Shown: piece after piece, positions 23,289-34,928 of the stretch
Position numbering within the stretch: the first letter of the stretch is position 1
How the letters are laid out: every line of letters starts with the position of its first letter
Assembly: GCA_017654855.1 (NCBI GenBank)
Contig: CM030334.1
Span: 1,550,001-1,614,000 of the forward strand
DNA length: 64,000 nucleotides
From: Podospora anserina
Taxonomy: Eukaryota
Direction of reading: 5' to 3'
Notes under the pieces: model-generated
What the model saw: the letters and a program-made list of their open reading frames with translations, nothing else
What the model was told of the DNA's origin: nothing
Database searches by the model: none
Position numbers and translations under genes: made by a program

Positions 23289-26200
23289 ATGTCGTCGGGC
23301 ACCACCAGGCCGCCGACATTCCAAGACAAGAGAAGCAGACCAGACCAAGTGAGCTTTTCCCAGAGCCACAGCCAACACCAGCACAGCAATGCCGAGTCGA
23401 GGAAACGGTCCACCTCGGTCAACCCCCGCTCCACGAGCAGACATGTCGAGGAGCGCCGCACCGAAAAGGTGCAGGTGACGACGCGGGAGACGCTGATGAC
23501 ACGGACGAGGAGCCCCGATCGCCGCGAGGGAGCAAAGCAGCGTGCTGCTGAACCAAGGTCTCGGGATATGCGACAGGATGCGCCACTCCAAGGTCTGTAT
23601 GTTTGCTTTTACAACCCCGCCCTCTGGTACTTGTTCTACCTGATGGGAAAGAAAATCCCCCCCCCCCAAAAGAAAAACCTACTACACCACCCTTCTCATC
23701 ATGAACATCATGCTGACCAAAAGAAAAAAAGAAAAACCCGCCCCCCCCCCATGGGAACCAGAAGCGACGCTCCTCCCGCACACATCAGCCCCCTTAGCAT
23801 CCCGCATATCAATCCCACCCCTCGCCTCCACCGCCCCCCAGGCCCTCCAACCGAAACCCTTCCATGACCTCTCCCTCGAAGCCCAAGAGGCGGTCATCAT
23901 CGAGGACCTCCTATTCGTCTTTATGGGCTACGAAGGCCAATACATTCGTTTCGGCAAAGGCTACAATCCCAACGAGGAACGAGACAGGCTGTCCGGTCCA
24001 ACATGGCGCATCCTCCCCGGCCTCGACCCCTCCTTGCAAGACCTCACCCAGTCCATGCTGCGCATGGCTGCTCATTACACCGCTCTCGTGACGTTTGTCG
24101 ACGTACAATCCCGCGAAGAATTCGGCTCCGTCAACCACGCCCTTTGCGCGTCAATACGGAAGCTGCTGCAGGAGTATTTGGTCATGGTTGCGCAGTTGGA
24201 GACGCAGTTCTTGACGGATGACTCGTTCACGTTGCATGTGTTGAATATTCATGTGCTGCCCACGAGCCATATGATGCATCAGGTTTATGGGCTGGCGCAT
24301 GAGCTGTTGAAGAGGAATGCGCTGCTGGATGATGAGTCGGATGAGAGTAGTGACGGCGGAGATGATTATGATCATATTTTGGAGCAGCTACGAGAAGGGG
24401 GGGAGCTGGTGCCGGGGAACATGACCGGTAAGAAGATTACCAAGGGAGGGGTGGTGCTGGGGTTGATCACCAAGAGGTTGGAGTCCATGTCTGGTGATCC
24501 GGCGGCCAGGGCGTTGTTGACGACGCTGCTGAGGGATGCGAGCAAACCGTACATGGCTATGCTGAACGAGTGGCTGCACCATGGGGGGATTAGTGACCCG
24601 CATTCGGAGTTTTTGATCAAGGAGCAGAGGAGTATCAGGAGGGAGAGGCTGGAGCAGGATTATACTGATGAGTATTGGGAGAGGAGGTATACCATCCGAG
24701 ACCACGACGTGCCGCCGCAGCTGGAGGGGGTCAAGGACAAGGTGTTGCTTGCGGGGAAATACCTGAATGTGGTCAGGGAATGCGGCGGCGTCGATGTCAG
24801 CCTGCAGGTTAAGCACGTGCCGACTTCCTTTGACGACAATCGGTTTCTGGACAATGTCAACAACGCCTATGCGCATGCGAATGAGTCGCTGATGCAGTTG
24901 CTGTTGACGACGCATCAGCTGCCGGCACGGTTGCGTTCGCTGAAGCATTACTTCTTTCTGGATCCGTCGGATTACTTTTCTTACTTTCTCGAGCTCGGGG
25001 CTAGTGAGCTGAGGAAGCCGGTCAAGTCGGTGAACACGGGGAAGTTGCAGTCGCTGTTGGATCTGGTGCTGAGGCAGCCGGGGAGCATTGTTGCGCTTGA
25101 TCCGTTCAAGGAGGATGTCAAGGTGGAGATGAACGAGATCAACCTGACCAAGAGCCTTCATCGGGTGGTGAATATCACGGGGATAGAGCAGGGGGAGGCG
25201 CTGCAGCCGCTGACGAGCAACCAGCCGGTGGAGAGCGACAAGGCGGCGAATGGGTTTACGTCGTTGCAGATTGATTATTCGGTGCCGTTTCCTGTGTCGT
25301 TGGTGGTGAGCAGGAAGACGGTGTGGCGGTATCAGGCTCTTTTCAGGTATCTGCTGTCGTTGCGATATCTGGAGTCGCAGTTGTCGACGACGTGGCAGAC
25401 GCACACGAGCGGGTTTGTGTGGTGTCATCGGTCGTCGTCGAGGGTGTTGGAGATTTGGAAGAGGAGGGTCTGGACGTTACGAGCGAGGATGTTGGTGTTT
25501 GTGCAGCAGCTGTTGTATTTCTGCACGGCCGAGGTCATTGAGCCGAACTGGCAGGCTTTGATGGCGAGGGTGAGGGAGAGGGAGAAGCCGCCTCAGCAGG
25601 AGCATCAGCAGCAAGCGGGAGCTGGGGAGCAAAACGGCACAACACTCCCAACACCAACCACATCCCCAAACCTCCACCACTACCCACTAAAGTCGACACA
25701 TATCCGCCCGGGGTTGACGAGGACAGTGGATGAGCTGATGCAGGATCATGTCGATTTCTTGGATACGTGTCTGAAGGAGTGTATGCTGACGAACTCCAAA
25801 CTCTTGCGTGTAAGTAAAAACCCTCCTTTGTGAACTTTGTGTACCTCGATTGTTTTCATTACGCTGACTTGTGTGCGGTGGCGCCTAGATCCACTCCAAA
25901 CTAACCCAAACCTGCACCATCTTTGCAACCTACACAAACTGGCTATCCCGCGAGCTGGAAAAGACGGACCCCGACCTCTCGGGACATCACAGACCGCCCA
26001 ACATGTCGGAGGAGCAGTGGCGGGTTTTCCAGTCTGTCCGCTCCCAAAAACCTACCGATGCCTCCTTCATGGAGGGTCAGCAGCAGCAGCAGCAGCAAGG
26101 AGAGGACAAGATGGCGAGCTTGTTTGACTTGATCAGGAAATGGGAGGACAATTTCAGCAAGCACCTGCAGATTTTGCTGGACGCGCTGAACCACTACGCG

Positions 26201-26374
26201 GCTACTGAGACGGTGGTGCTTTTGAGTTTGTGCGCGAGGTTGAGCACGGCCAATGCGGGGAGCGGCTATACCGGACGGGGGGAGTATGGGCAGGGACAGG
26301 TGGATGGGGTGGGGGTGCAGAATGGTGGTGGTGGTGGGATGGAAGGGGGGGATGTGAGGATGGGGGGTGTATAA
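23289..26374 (+). CDS. SPC97: Gamma-tubulin complex component 2 (Spc97/Alp4/GCP2)
   Basis: QEAVIIEDLLFVFMGYEGQYI, YTDEYWERRYT, LLAGKYLNVVRECG, SLKHYFFL and FLDTCLKECMLTN. Introns 23593..23731 and 25810..25888. Start codon is less certain. Confidence 0.9.
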
Positions 26375-26864
26375 AACCTACCTACCTTACCTACCTGCCT
26401 TGTTTCTTCTTTCTGTGTGTATGTGAGAATGAAGGCTGAATGAAAGAGTGGGTGGTGGGACACAGCAGGAGGGGTTTGAAATTGAAATGTTATAAGCATG
26501 TTTGTAAAGGGTAGCGGCAAATTTTGGAATTGTCATAGTCCGGTATTGACACAGTTGGTGTATTGAACGGGAAGGGGAAGTTATGAATATGAGATCATTG
26601 AACAACTTGTCGTGGTGTGCTGGGTGGTTTGTGGGGTCACATATTGAGATTATATCGAGCCGGCTTTTTCCCCCCTTTCGCTATGTTATCAACTTCTGTT
26701 TTATTGGTGCCCCCAGCCGTCCCATCTCAATTCTTGTAGCCCTCCACATATCTGTTTGGCTTTTTCTATTCCTCTCTTTTCTGAACTAGTCCTGACACAT
26801 TTGCTCTGTCAATCCCCCATTTTATCTTACCCATTGTCACCCAAAAACGCCTATGAATAAACCC

Positions 26865-28218
26865 TTACTTCACCCACCCCCTCCCCACCAGTCCCATCAC
26901 ATACTCCAACATCCCCCCCCTCTCCCCATGCCCCCCATACCCCGGCTGATGATGCACAAACCTCCTCACCACCACCCCCACCACAGCAACCAAAACCGCA
27001 AACCCAACCCCCCTCACCACCCCCCTATTCCTCCTCACCACCTCCCTGACCCTTGTCACCCTCTCCCTCCACTCCAGCTCCCTAATCTGCTTTCCAAACG
27101 CCTCCCTCCCCTCCTCCAACCCCTGCCTATAAACCCCCTCCCCCCTCCCCGTCTTCAGAACCGACCACCTACTGATCCCCCTCCCCCAACCCCTCAACCC
27201 CTCCGGCGGGTATTCTCGTTCCAGCTCCACCGCCTGAGATATCAACCCCTCCAAATCCAACGGCTGCGGCAGCTTCGATAGCACCGAATGCAACATCTCC
27301 GGTTCATCCTCCGGTATATCAAGCAGTTCCCCTCTGCGGGAGCGAACAATAGCCGCAAACAAATACAATGAGAAAACCGGATCCCTCGCCAGCAACACAT
27401 CAAACAGCCTGGTGATCTCCCCCAGACTAGTAATGTCATGCGCGTACATCGTCAACGTCCCCGACAGCGCAAAAAAAGGTTCTGTCGATGACAGATGTTG
27501 CCATAGTTCCGGGTCGGACGATCTCAGGATATCCGGGAGGAGTCGCAGTTGTGCTATGGCAGGATGGAGGTTCGGTAGCATAAAATCCCTGATGCGCAAA
27601 AGTGACAAGTGGGCCAGGGCGGCTGGTTGGAGGGCCGGGGGGAGGGTCAACAGCAAGACTTGGCATATGTCGTGGTAGCCTTGAAAGTAGGATAGGTACG
27701 GGTGGTGGCGGAGGGTGCGGATGATGAGGGTGGAGAGGAGGGTTTTGCTGTGGGAGAGCTGGGTGTCGTTTTGGTCGTTGGGGTAGTAGACAAAGGCTCT
27801 GTTGACGTCGAGCTGGACCTGGGATTCGTCTTTGTGAGGGGGAAGGGATTTCCAGTCTTCTTCTTCTTCTTCTTCTTCTTCTTCTGGTTTGGTGTCTGAT
27901 GGTGGTGGGATGCCCAGCAGTAATGGCCCTAGGAAAGTAAACGTTAAGAACATGATGCTAAGGCATCGGGTAGCGGGGTCACTTACACGCTTGTTGGCGG
28001 ATGGTGTCTGTTAGAAATCCTCCTGGTGAGGCGGCAAGGGTTCTGAGGGCGGCAAAGTCCCTTGTCTTGCATGCGTTTAGGATTTCTTTTTTCTTTTGCT
28101 CGGCGGCTTCGTCTTTGGGATCGGGGGGTTTCTCGTCGATGGGGTCCTCCATCTTGATGGGCTTTTCGTCAAAGTCGGCCGTGTTGGTTTCAGGCTCGGG
28201 GCCTAGCATCATATCCAT
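26865..28218 (-). CDS. GYP8: TBC-domain Rab GTPase-activating protein (Gyp8/TBC1D20-like)
   Basis: GGFLTDTIRQQAWPLLLG after splicing intron 27986..27929, QVQLDVNRAF, YFQGYHDICQV and a C-terminal TM anchor. Start ATG is uncertain. Confidence 0.85.
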
Positions 28219-29230
28219 TTTCTCTCTTTTAACCCTTTCTCTGAGCTCATGCACAGCTTGCCGGTGTTAGCGGATGAGTGAAGTTTCGGATCCGGGGCGT
28301 GGGGTTTGTTTGATATTGCGATGATGGGTTAGGCAAGTCTGGCCTAGACGTGGAGAGAGTGCCCAATCAGGGATGGACGGCGGCACCAAGTCTGAATTGA
28401 GGGATGAGGCTGGTAGAAATGACCGAGCCCTTGCCGTAGGTTTGACTTATGGACAAGCGCCTCACCATCTGTCCGGTCCAGTTTGAGCTTCGTATCTCGC
28501 AGCTTGCGAGTGTGTGTGAGTGAAGGGGGTGTCTGTCGTGTGCTAGCGCCGGAGATACATGGACAGGGGGTGCTGGAGAAGGCCAGCAAGATGCCCCGTG
28601 CTTTTTCATGCCAGGGCCATTTTAGCGCTGGAGATGGGGATTCGTCCGCGGTGACGTAAGAGGGATCGGACCTAAAATCGACGTCTGCCCCGCGCTGTAT
28701 GAGTGTTGACCCCCACTGTACATGTTAGCGATGCCCCAGACGGGACGACTCTGAATGATAACCTCATGAGAATAGGCAACTTCGAGAAGCTCTACTCGGA
28801 TCATCATTGCCGCGAGAGGGCTTCCAGTGCCAAGGAATGTCGGTGTCCCAAATGGTCTGGAGGCCCTCGATGGAAAGTGATATGTCAATTGGTATGGGTG
28901 ACATCTGCTCTTGGTCGGCACGGTACGGGGCTGGATGAGACATGGACGCCCATTGTATCCGCCAACTCACTTGGACTCGAGACAAGACCAGAAGGTGACG
29001 AATCACGTTTGTGGGATACATTTCCGAAGACAATAGTTTACTGTGCTTTGTAAAAAAGCAAAGCATTGCAGGGCCTAGAAGAAGCCAAATGCAGACGGTG
29101 CTGGAGATGGCCATGTACATAGACTAGCAGGTAGGAATCTGATCGCTTCGCTAGAGCAAAGGTACCTTAACGCAAGGCGGGAGGGAGGGGTCCTGATTCC
29201 TCCCCGAGTAAGGTAACTTTGCTATTCTCT

Positions 29231-29231
<1 letters not shown>

Positions 29232-29274
<43 letters not shown>

Positions 29275-29316
29275 AAAAAAAAGATATAAAAAAAGAAAAA
29301 GAAAAAGAAAAAAAAA
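29232..29316 (+). repeat. Poly(dA) tract (41 A) followed by A-rich sequence
   Basis: Uninterrupted A run at 29232..29272, in the divergent intergenic region. Confidence 0.9.
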
Positions 29317-29893
29317 GAGAGAGATGCGGTATGTGCTTTGCCGTTCAAAAGCATGGAAAACTCTTCACTAGTTGTTGGTTGCCGGTGTGAGGTAAGGTTC
29401 TCTTTCTCTACCTATCGAGAGGGTGGATGGCATTTGATCGATTTGGCCGTGGGCCGTGTGCTGCCCCACGCGAGCACATCAACCTGCCACCCACCAACTC
29501 CAACTTCCCAACTTCTCTCGGCTGTTGGACCCAACACAGACTGACTGAATAAAAGATATCAGAAATCTGACCGCCCTCAGAAAAGCTGACCCTACCAGAG
29601 TATTGCGTGCAGCGCCTGCTGACAACACGGCAGACCAAAAAGACGGGAAAAGACGTACATTGCCTGCAGCGCCGTCGCTCATCTTCATGGGATCATGCTT
29701 CCCTCCTGATTCTGATAGGCCCTGGTACCCCTAGCCGTATGCACGGAAGGACTCCGCGCCTTCTCCTGATTCGGTCACTGCCTGGGAGCCTCTTTCATCC
29801 CGGGTTCAATTCAGAAAGCTCAAAAGGTGCAGTGTGATCCCAGGAAAATCCCAAAGAAATCCCGCCGCCTTGCTGTACGCCGGCAACATCACC

Positions 29894-32800
29894 ATGGCCT
29901 TCCAGACAAACGTTCTCCGGGACGGCCAGTGGGTGACCGAAACCATCAACGTGCAGTCCATCGTCAAGAGCCAACAAGTCGACGCTGCCCCCCAGCAACA
30001 AGTCCTCAAGCCACCAAGGTGCGGCTTGCTCACCCGGACCATTGTTGAGAGCCCCTTCATAAACTCCATCCTGCCTGTCAGGATACGGTCGCCCCTCCAC
30101 AACGACGTCGCTTTTATTGGGGACCACTTTGTTCAGATTCGTGAGCTGCGCCGAGATGGACGTCTCAAGGACATCGTCAGGAAGGTCAACTTTGGGTCTC
30201 GGATACGAAACGCCTGCGTCGTTGGCAGCTTCGACATCAAGACAGAAGAGGAACAAGATGCTCTTTCTTCTCAACCGCCCATCAAGCTGGAGGACAGCCA
30301 GTTTGGGCTTCCTCCCAGGCTCCCACCGCAGATGCTGATGGTGGCCCTGGAGAGTGGTGACAGCGTCTTTATGTTCGTCCGTTCCGACTCCAACGGCGAG
30401 CCAGAGTTTGTTACCACTCGCTTCGTGAGCCCGAAGCAGCGGCTGGCTCACCCAGGCTTCCACGTCGTGGTCGACCCCAGCTCGCGATACATGGCTCTGG
30501 CCTACGCCGAGGATTTCTTCGTGGTCTATGAGCTTGAATCACGGGAGCGCTTGGAGGAGAAGTACGCCAACGGCGAACCTTTACAGTCCCCAGTGAGATC
30601 ATTCCGTCTGCGGAGCGTGAACGGGGTTATTCACAAGATTACCTTCCTATATCCACGACCGGGCGACCAGAATCACGTCATCCTACTCCTGATCGTGGTC
30701 AGACATCGAAAGTCCCGCATGGTGATTTACGAGTGGAAGCTCGGGGATGACCTGAAAATGGTCTTTGCCGAGGACAAGCAGGGCCATCGCATGCCCGTGG
30801 AGAATCAGATGCCTCTGCTGCTCATTCCTCTGACCGTCCAGTCGGCTTTTATCGTCATATCACCTCACCAGATTGATGTATGCACCGAGTGCCTTCATGG
30901 ACCGCCCAGCTTCGAGACCATCGAGATGTCCTCTCCTCCCCCGACGCCTACCCACCACGGCGCTCGCCTACCGCTATGGACAGCATGGACGAGACCTTTC
31001 CGGCTTGCCTCCTATTTTGAGACACGGGACTGCATCTTTCTTGCACGGGAAGACGGCGTGGTTGTGTACTTTGAGGCCGACAAGGACAGCTCAGTGGAGC
31101 GTGTGACGCCTATGGACACTTTTAATTGCAACATCTCGACCGCATTTGCCTGTGTTTACGATCGATACGCCGACGTACTCATTCTGGGCAGCGACTCGGG
31201 TCCGGGGGGTGTTCACAAGATCTGTCCACGAGTTCCCATCGAGTTTCTCGAGGCGTTGCCCAACTGGTCTCCTGCGGTGGACTTTGCCTCTACAGCGCAG
31301 GTTACCGAGTGGCATCGGGATGGCGACAAAGCGCAAAAGGTAGTGCTTCCAAAAGGTCCGCTGCCACGACCTGATCGACTGTTTGCGACGTGTGAGGGTG
31401 GCAGGAAGGGGTCGATTACCGAGTACAGATACGGGTTGAAGGCCAATATCGCGTTTGATCTTGCGTTTGAGCCTGGTATCAAGCAAGCCTGGCTGATCCC
31501 TATGGGTGATGGTTATCAGATCATCATATCCATGCCGGACTCCACGTCGGTCTTGCAGCTCCCTTCGGACTTTAGCAGCGCTGATCTCGTTGCGGCCGGC
31601 CAGACGCCTTATAATCTGAGCGGTTCGACGTTGGCGTTTTCTCACTCTGGCCCGTTTACGGTCCAGGTCACAACACAGGGGGCTGTGCTTACCCTGCCTC
31701 GTGATCATCGATCATATCGATATGATGAGTTTTCTGGGCTTGAGGGGTGTTCAGTGTCTGATGCGTGCATCTTGGATGGTTGTATTGCGGTGTCGGCTCA
31801 TGACAAGGGTAGCAATACGTTCCAAGTCCATGTCTTCAAGATGGAGCGGTCTCATCTTGGTCTCGGGCATGTGAGGACGGTAGAGGTGGGTGGTGAAGTG
31901 AACAGTCTGGCGTTGACCGAGGATTTTACTCTGCTGGTTGGGACGTTGAATGAATCTGGGCCGGCGTTGGTGCGGTGTTCGCTGCAACAGGCCACGAATA
32001 ACCTGGAGGTGATTTCTGTTCCGGAAAGTAAGTGCCATCGCGTTCTTTATTCTCAACTCGGTCGTATCTGACGCGGTTGTTAGTCCTGGCCGAACACACG
32101 AGCATCGAGGACCCATCCTCGGTCGAGGGAATCGGCAGCATCGTCTCTCTAGGCAGCACCATCTTTCTCGGCACCCGAAGCGGAGAGGTCATCAGTCTAA
32201 CCACCAGCGCCGACTCGTGCGCTGTCAACTGCGAGAAATTCGGAATCTCGTCTGCCAAACTAAACTGCGCACACATCACCGGCCAATCGAACCCCGTCCT
32301 TCTCCTCACCTGCGATAACAACCTTTTGTACCTCGGCCTGAACCCTGCCTCCCGCTACCACGACCGAGAGAACAAATTCAGCAAGAAAATCCGGATCTTT
32401 CCGGTCGACCCAAGCCACCTCGACGCTCTCGCCCCCCCAGTCCAATTCGCCTCAGCAGTCGACGTGCCGTCCGAAGACGGGATAACGCAGCTCCTCCTCA
32501 TATCCAACGAAACGATCCTCCTGACAGAACTGCACCCCACGCCGGGGTGTGTCCCGCGATCGATCCCCCTCGACGGCACGCCCAACAAGCTGATCTGGTC
32601 GAGCAAACTCGGCTGCCTGATCACGGCGGTGAATTACTCTGCCAAACCGAGCCTGGCGTTTATAAACCCCAACACGGGGGAGGACATCGGGGTGCCTACC
32701 GATCGAAACGACAACCCGACTGATTTTATTCATGGGCTGGGAAAGCAAGGGGATGTCATACTTGCGGTGACGGAGTGGAGGTATAAAACGTATTTTTATC

Positions 32801-33822
32801 TTTTGGTCGGGACGAGGAAGGGACGGTTGTTGGTTGTGAGCGTCAAGAGGGATAAGGAGACGGGTCGGATACGGTACTGGATGAGGTGGAAGAAGGAGTT
32901 TGAGCAGCCGGTGTATTCGGTTCTTGGGCATGGGGAGGGGGTGGTGATGTGTGTCGGACAGAGCGTCAGGTGGGAGGTTTTGGACGAGGGGGAGAAGAGG
33001 TTGAGGCATGAGAGGAGCTTTGAGCTGGAGTCGGCGGGGGTTGGGTTGAGGGTGGAGAATGGGAGGTTGGTGGTGCTGACGGGGAGGGATTCGGTTGTGG
33101 TGCTGGAGGATGGTGGTGGTGGGGGGGGGAAGGGGATGTGCAATGCTGATCCGATGAGGAGGAACGGGGTCAGCATGGTTGAGGTTGCGGGGACGGAAGG
33201 GGTGGATGATAAGGAGGGGGGGATCACGCTTGTGAGTGACAGGGAGTGTGGGGTCGGGGGGTTGTGGGTGCCGTGGAGGCAGGTGGACAGGGAGTGTGAG
33301 GTTGTTTTTGAGGCGGAGCTCACGGCGAGTGTGAGGAAGTTTCAGAGGGGGAGGACGAGACCGGTTTGGGAGCAGGGGGTGGGGAGGAGGTTTGGGAGGC
33401 TGCTTGGGTCGTTTGATGATGCGGAGACGTTGGGGACTTCGCTCAATGGGGCGCTTCACCACTTCACTACGCTTGATCTCAAGACGTGGAGGTTTTTGAG
33501 GTTTGTGCAGAATTTGGCGCTGCTGGATGGGGAGGTGACGCCTTTTATGAGTCGGTATAGTCAGCAGGGAGGGGTTTGGAATAATAACCCCGAGCCGAGG
33601 GTGGATAATGGGTTGGAGATGCAGGTTGATGGGGATTTGCTGATGAGGATTCTGGAGGGGGAGGGGGAGGGGGAGTTGGAGAGGGTGGTGAGGAATTACG
33701 AGAGGAGGTTTGCGGAGTTGTTGGGGGAGGTGGAGGGGGTGGGTGAGGTGAGTGATGATGTGGGAAAGGCGTTTGGGAAGGCGTACGAGGTTTTGGAGTA
33801 CTTTTTGAGGCCGGTGTTATGA
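29894..33822 (+). CDS. Large beta-propeller protein of the MMS1/DDB1/RSE1/CPSF1 superfamily (resembles fungal 'thermotolerance protein' ThtA)
   Basis: ~1290 aa with GLLTRTIVESP, VVDPSSRYMALA, LPNWSPAVDF and C-terminal QVDGDLL. Intron 32028..32083. Confidence 0.75.
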
Positions 33823-34170
33823 TTTTAGAGGGAGGGGGGATACATAGCGTTGCTTTTGATACACGATATAGGTACGAGACAGCAGAATTCATCATCTAAC
33901 ATACAGCAGGCTGATGTTGTTGGCTCAGGTCAGGGGCTCACATAGGGGGGTGATTATGGCCATAAACTCGGATAATTGCATTGATTGATGTTACGAGATA
34001 AGATATTGCTGTATTGAGCAAACACACAAAAAAATGAGCCCCGCACTGACAAAAAAGCTCTGGGCATTGATTTTCTAAACTTTTTTTGTGTCGCCGCACA
34101 CCACCACCACTGCGTCATTGTCTGTCGGCCGAGTGAGGCGACTCTGGTGAGACTAGACCTGAATCGGGTC

Positions 34171-34210
34171 CGGCGAGTGACGGCGAGTGACGGCGAGTGA
34201 CGGCGAGTGA
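34171..34210 (+). repeat. Perfect 10-bp tandem repeat (CGGCGAGTGA)x4
   Basis: Read directly; lies upstream of eIF5B. Confidence 0.95.
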
Positions 34211-34928
34211 CTCGAGATCTCCTTGAAGAAGTTCGTCTTGTTCTTCTTCAGTCTGAAGTTTGGGGAACCTGGAAGCTCTCAATATTTTTCGAGAGGTGGG
34301 GGACGGGCCCGCTGAAGAGTTTGGTGAAAGAACAGCTCTGTCTAGCGACCCAAGAGAGAACAAAGTGACCAAAGACAAGCACAACCAGCATTGTAATCAC
34401 AAGCACAAGTTACTATTGTATAGAAGCCATCCATTCATCCATCCATCCATTCATCCATCCCATTCCATCTCATCACTCACATTGAAAAAGGTGGTGAAAC
34501 TGGATGAATATGCTGCCCCACTTTAACTCCAAGGCACGCTGCACTGCGAGCCCCTCCAGCAGGCTGTTCAACTGCCCGCCACTGCCAAACTCTGCTGACT
34601 TGCTCTCTCTGTCCCGCAACGACTGATTGATTTCTTGCTGTTCTTGTTGTCTGCCAACAACCCATCACACACACACCAGACCACTTTGCACCACATTAAC
34701 TTGTTGTGTGCTCAGAACCAAGGGTCCGGAAAAGTTATATTCACTTGTTTTCACTGTGAAATTTTCCCCGACAAACGTCAAAAAAGGCACCGCCCTTTTC
34801 CGCCTGTTGCGAACAGCCCCCAGCCCCACGACGAAAGTCCAAGCAGAACCACGGACTTAATCCTACTCAAGGAACCCGTCGAAAAAGCAAATAACCTTTC
34901 TACAAGACAAAACAAAACACCGCCCAAT

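Noticed and set aside
29232..29316. Poly(A) tract as a retrocopy or SINE tail
   Set aside because: No target-site duplication or recognisable element body. A promoter poly(dA:dT) tract is the simpler explanation.
29800..29820. tRNA T-loop-like strings (GGTTCAATTC; also near 14866 and 48210)
   Set aside because: Flanks do not form a T-stem or cloverleaf.
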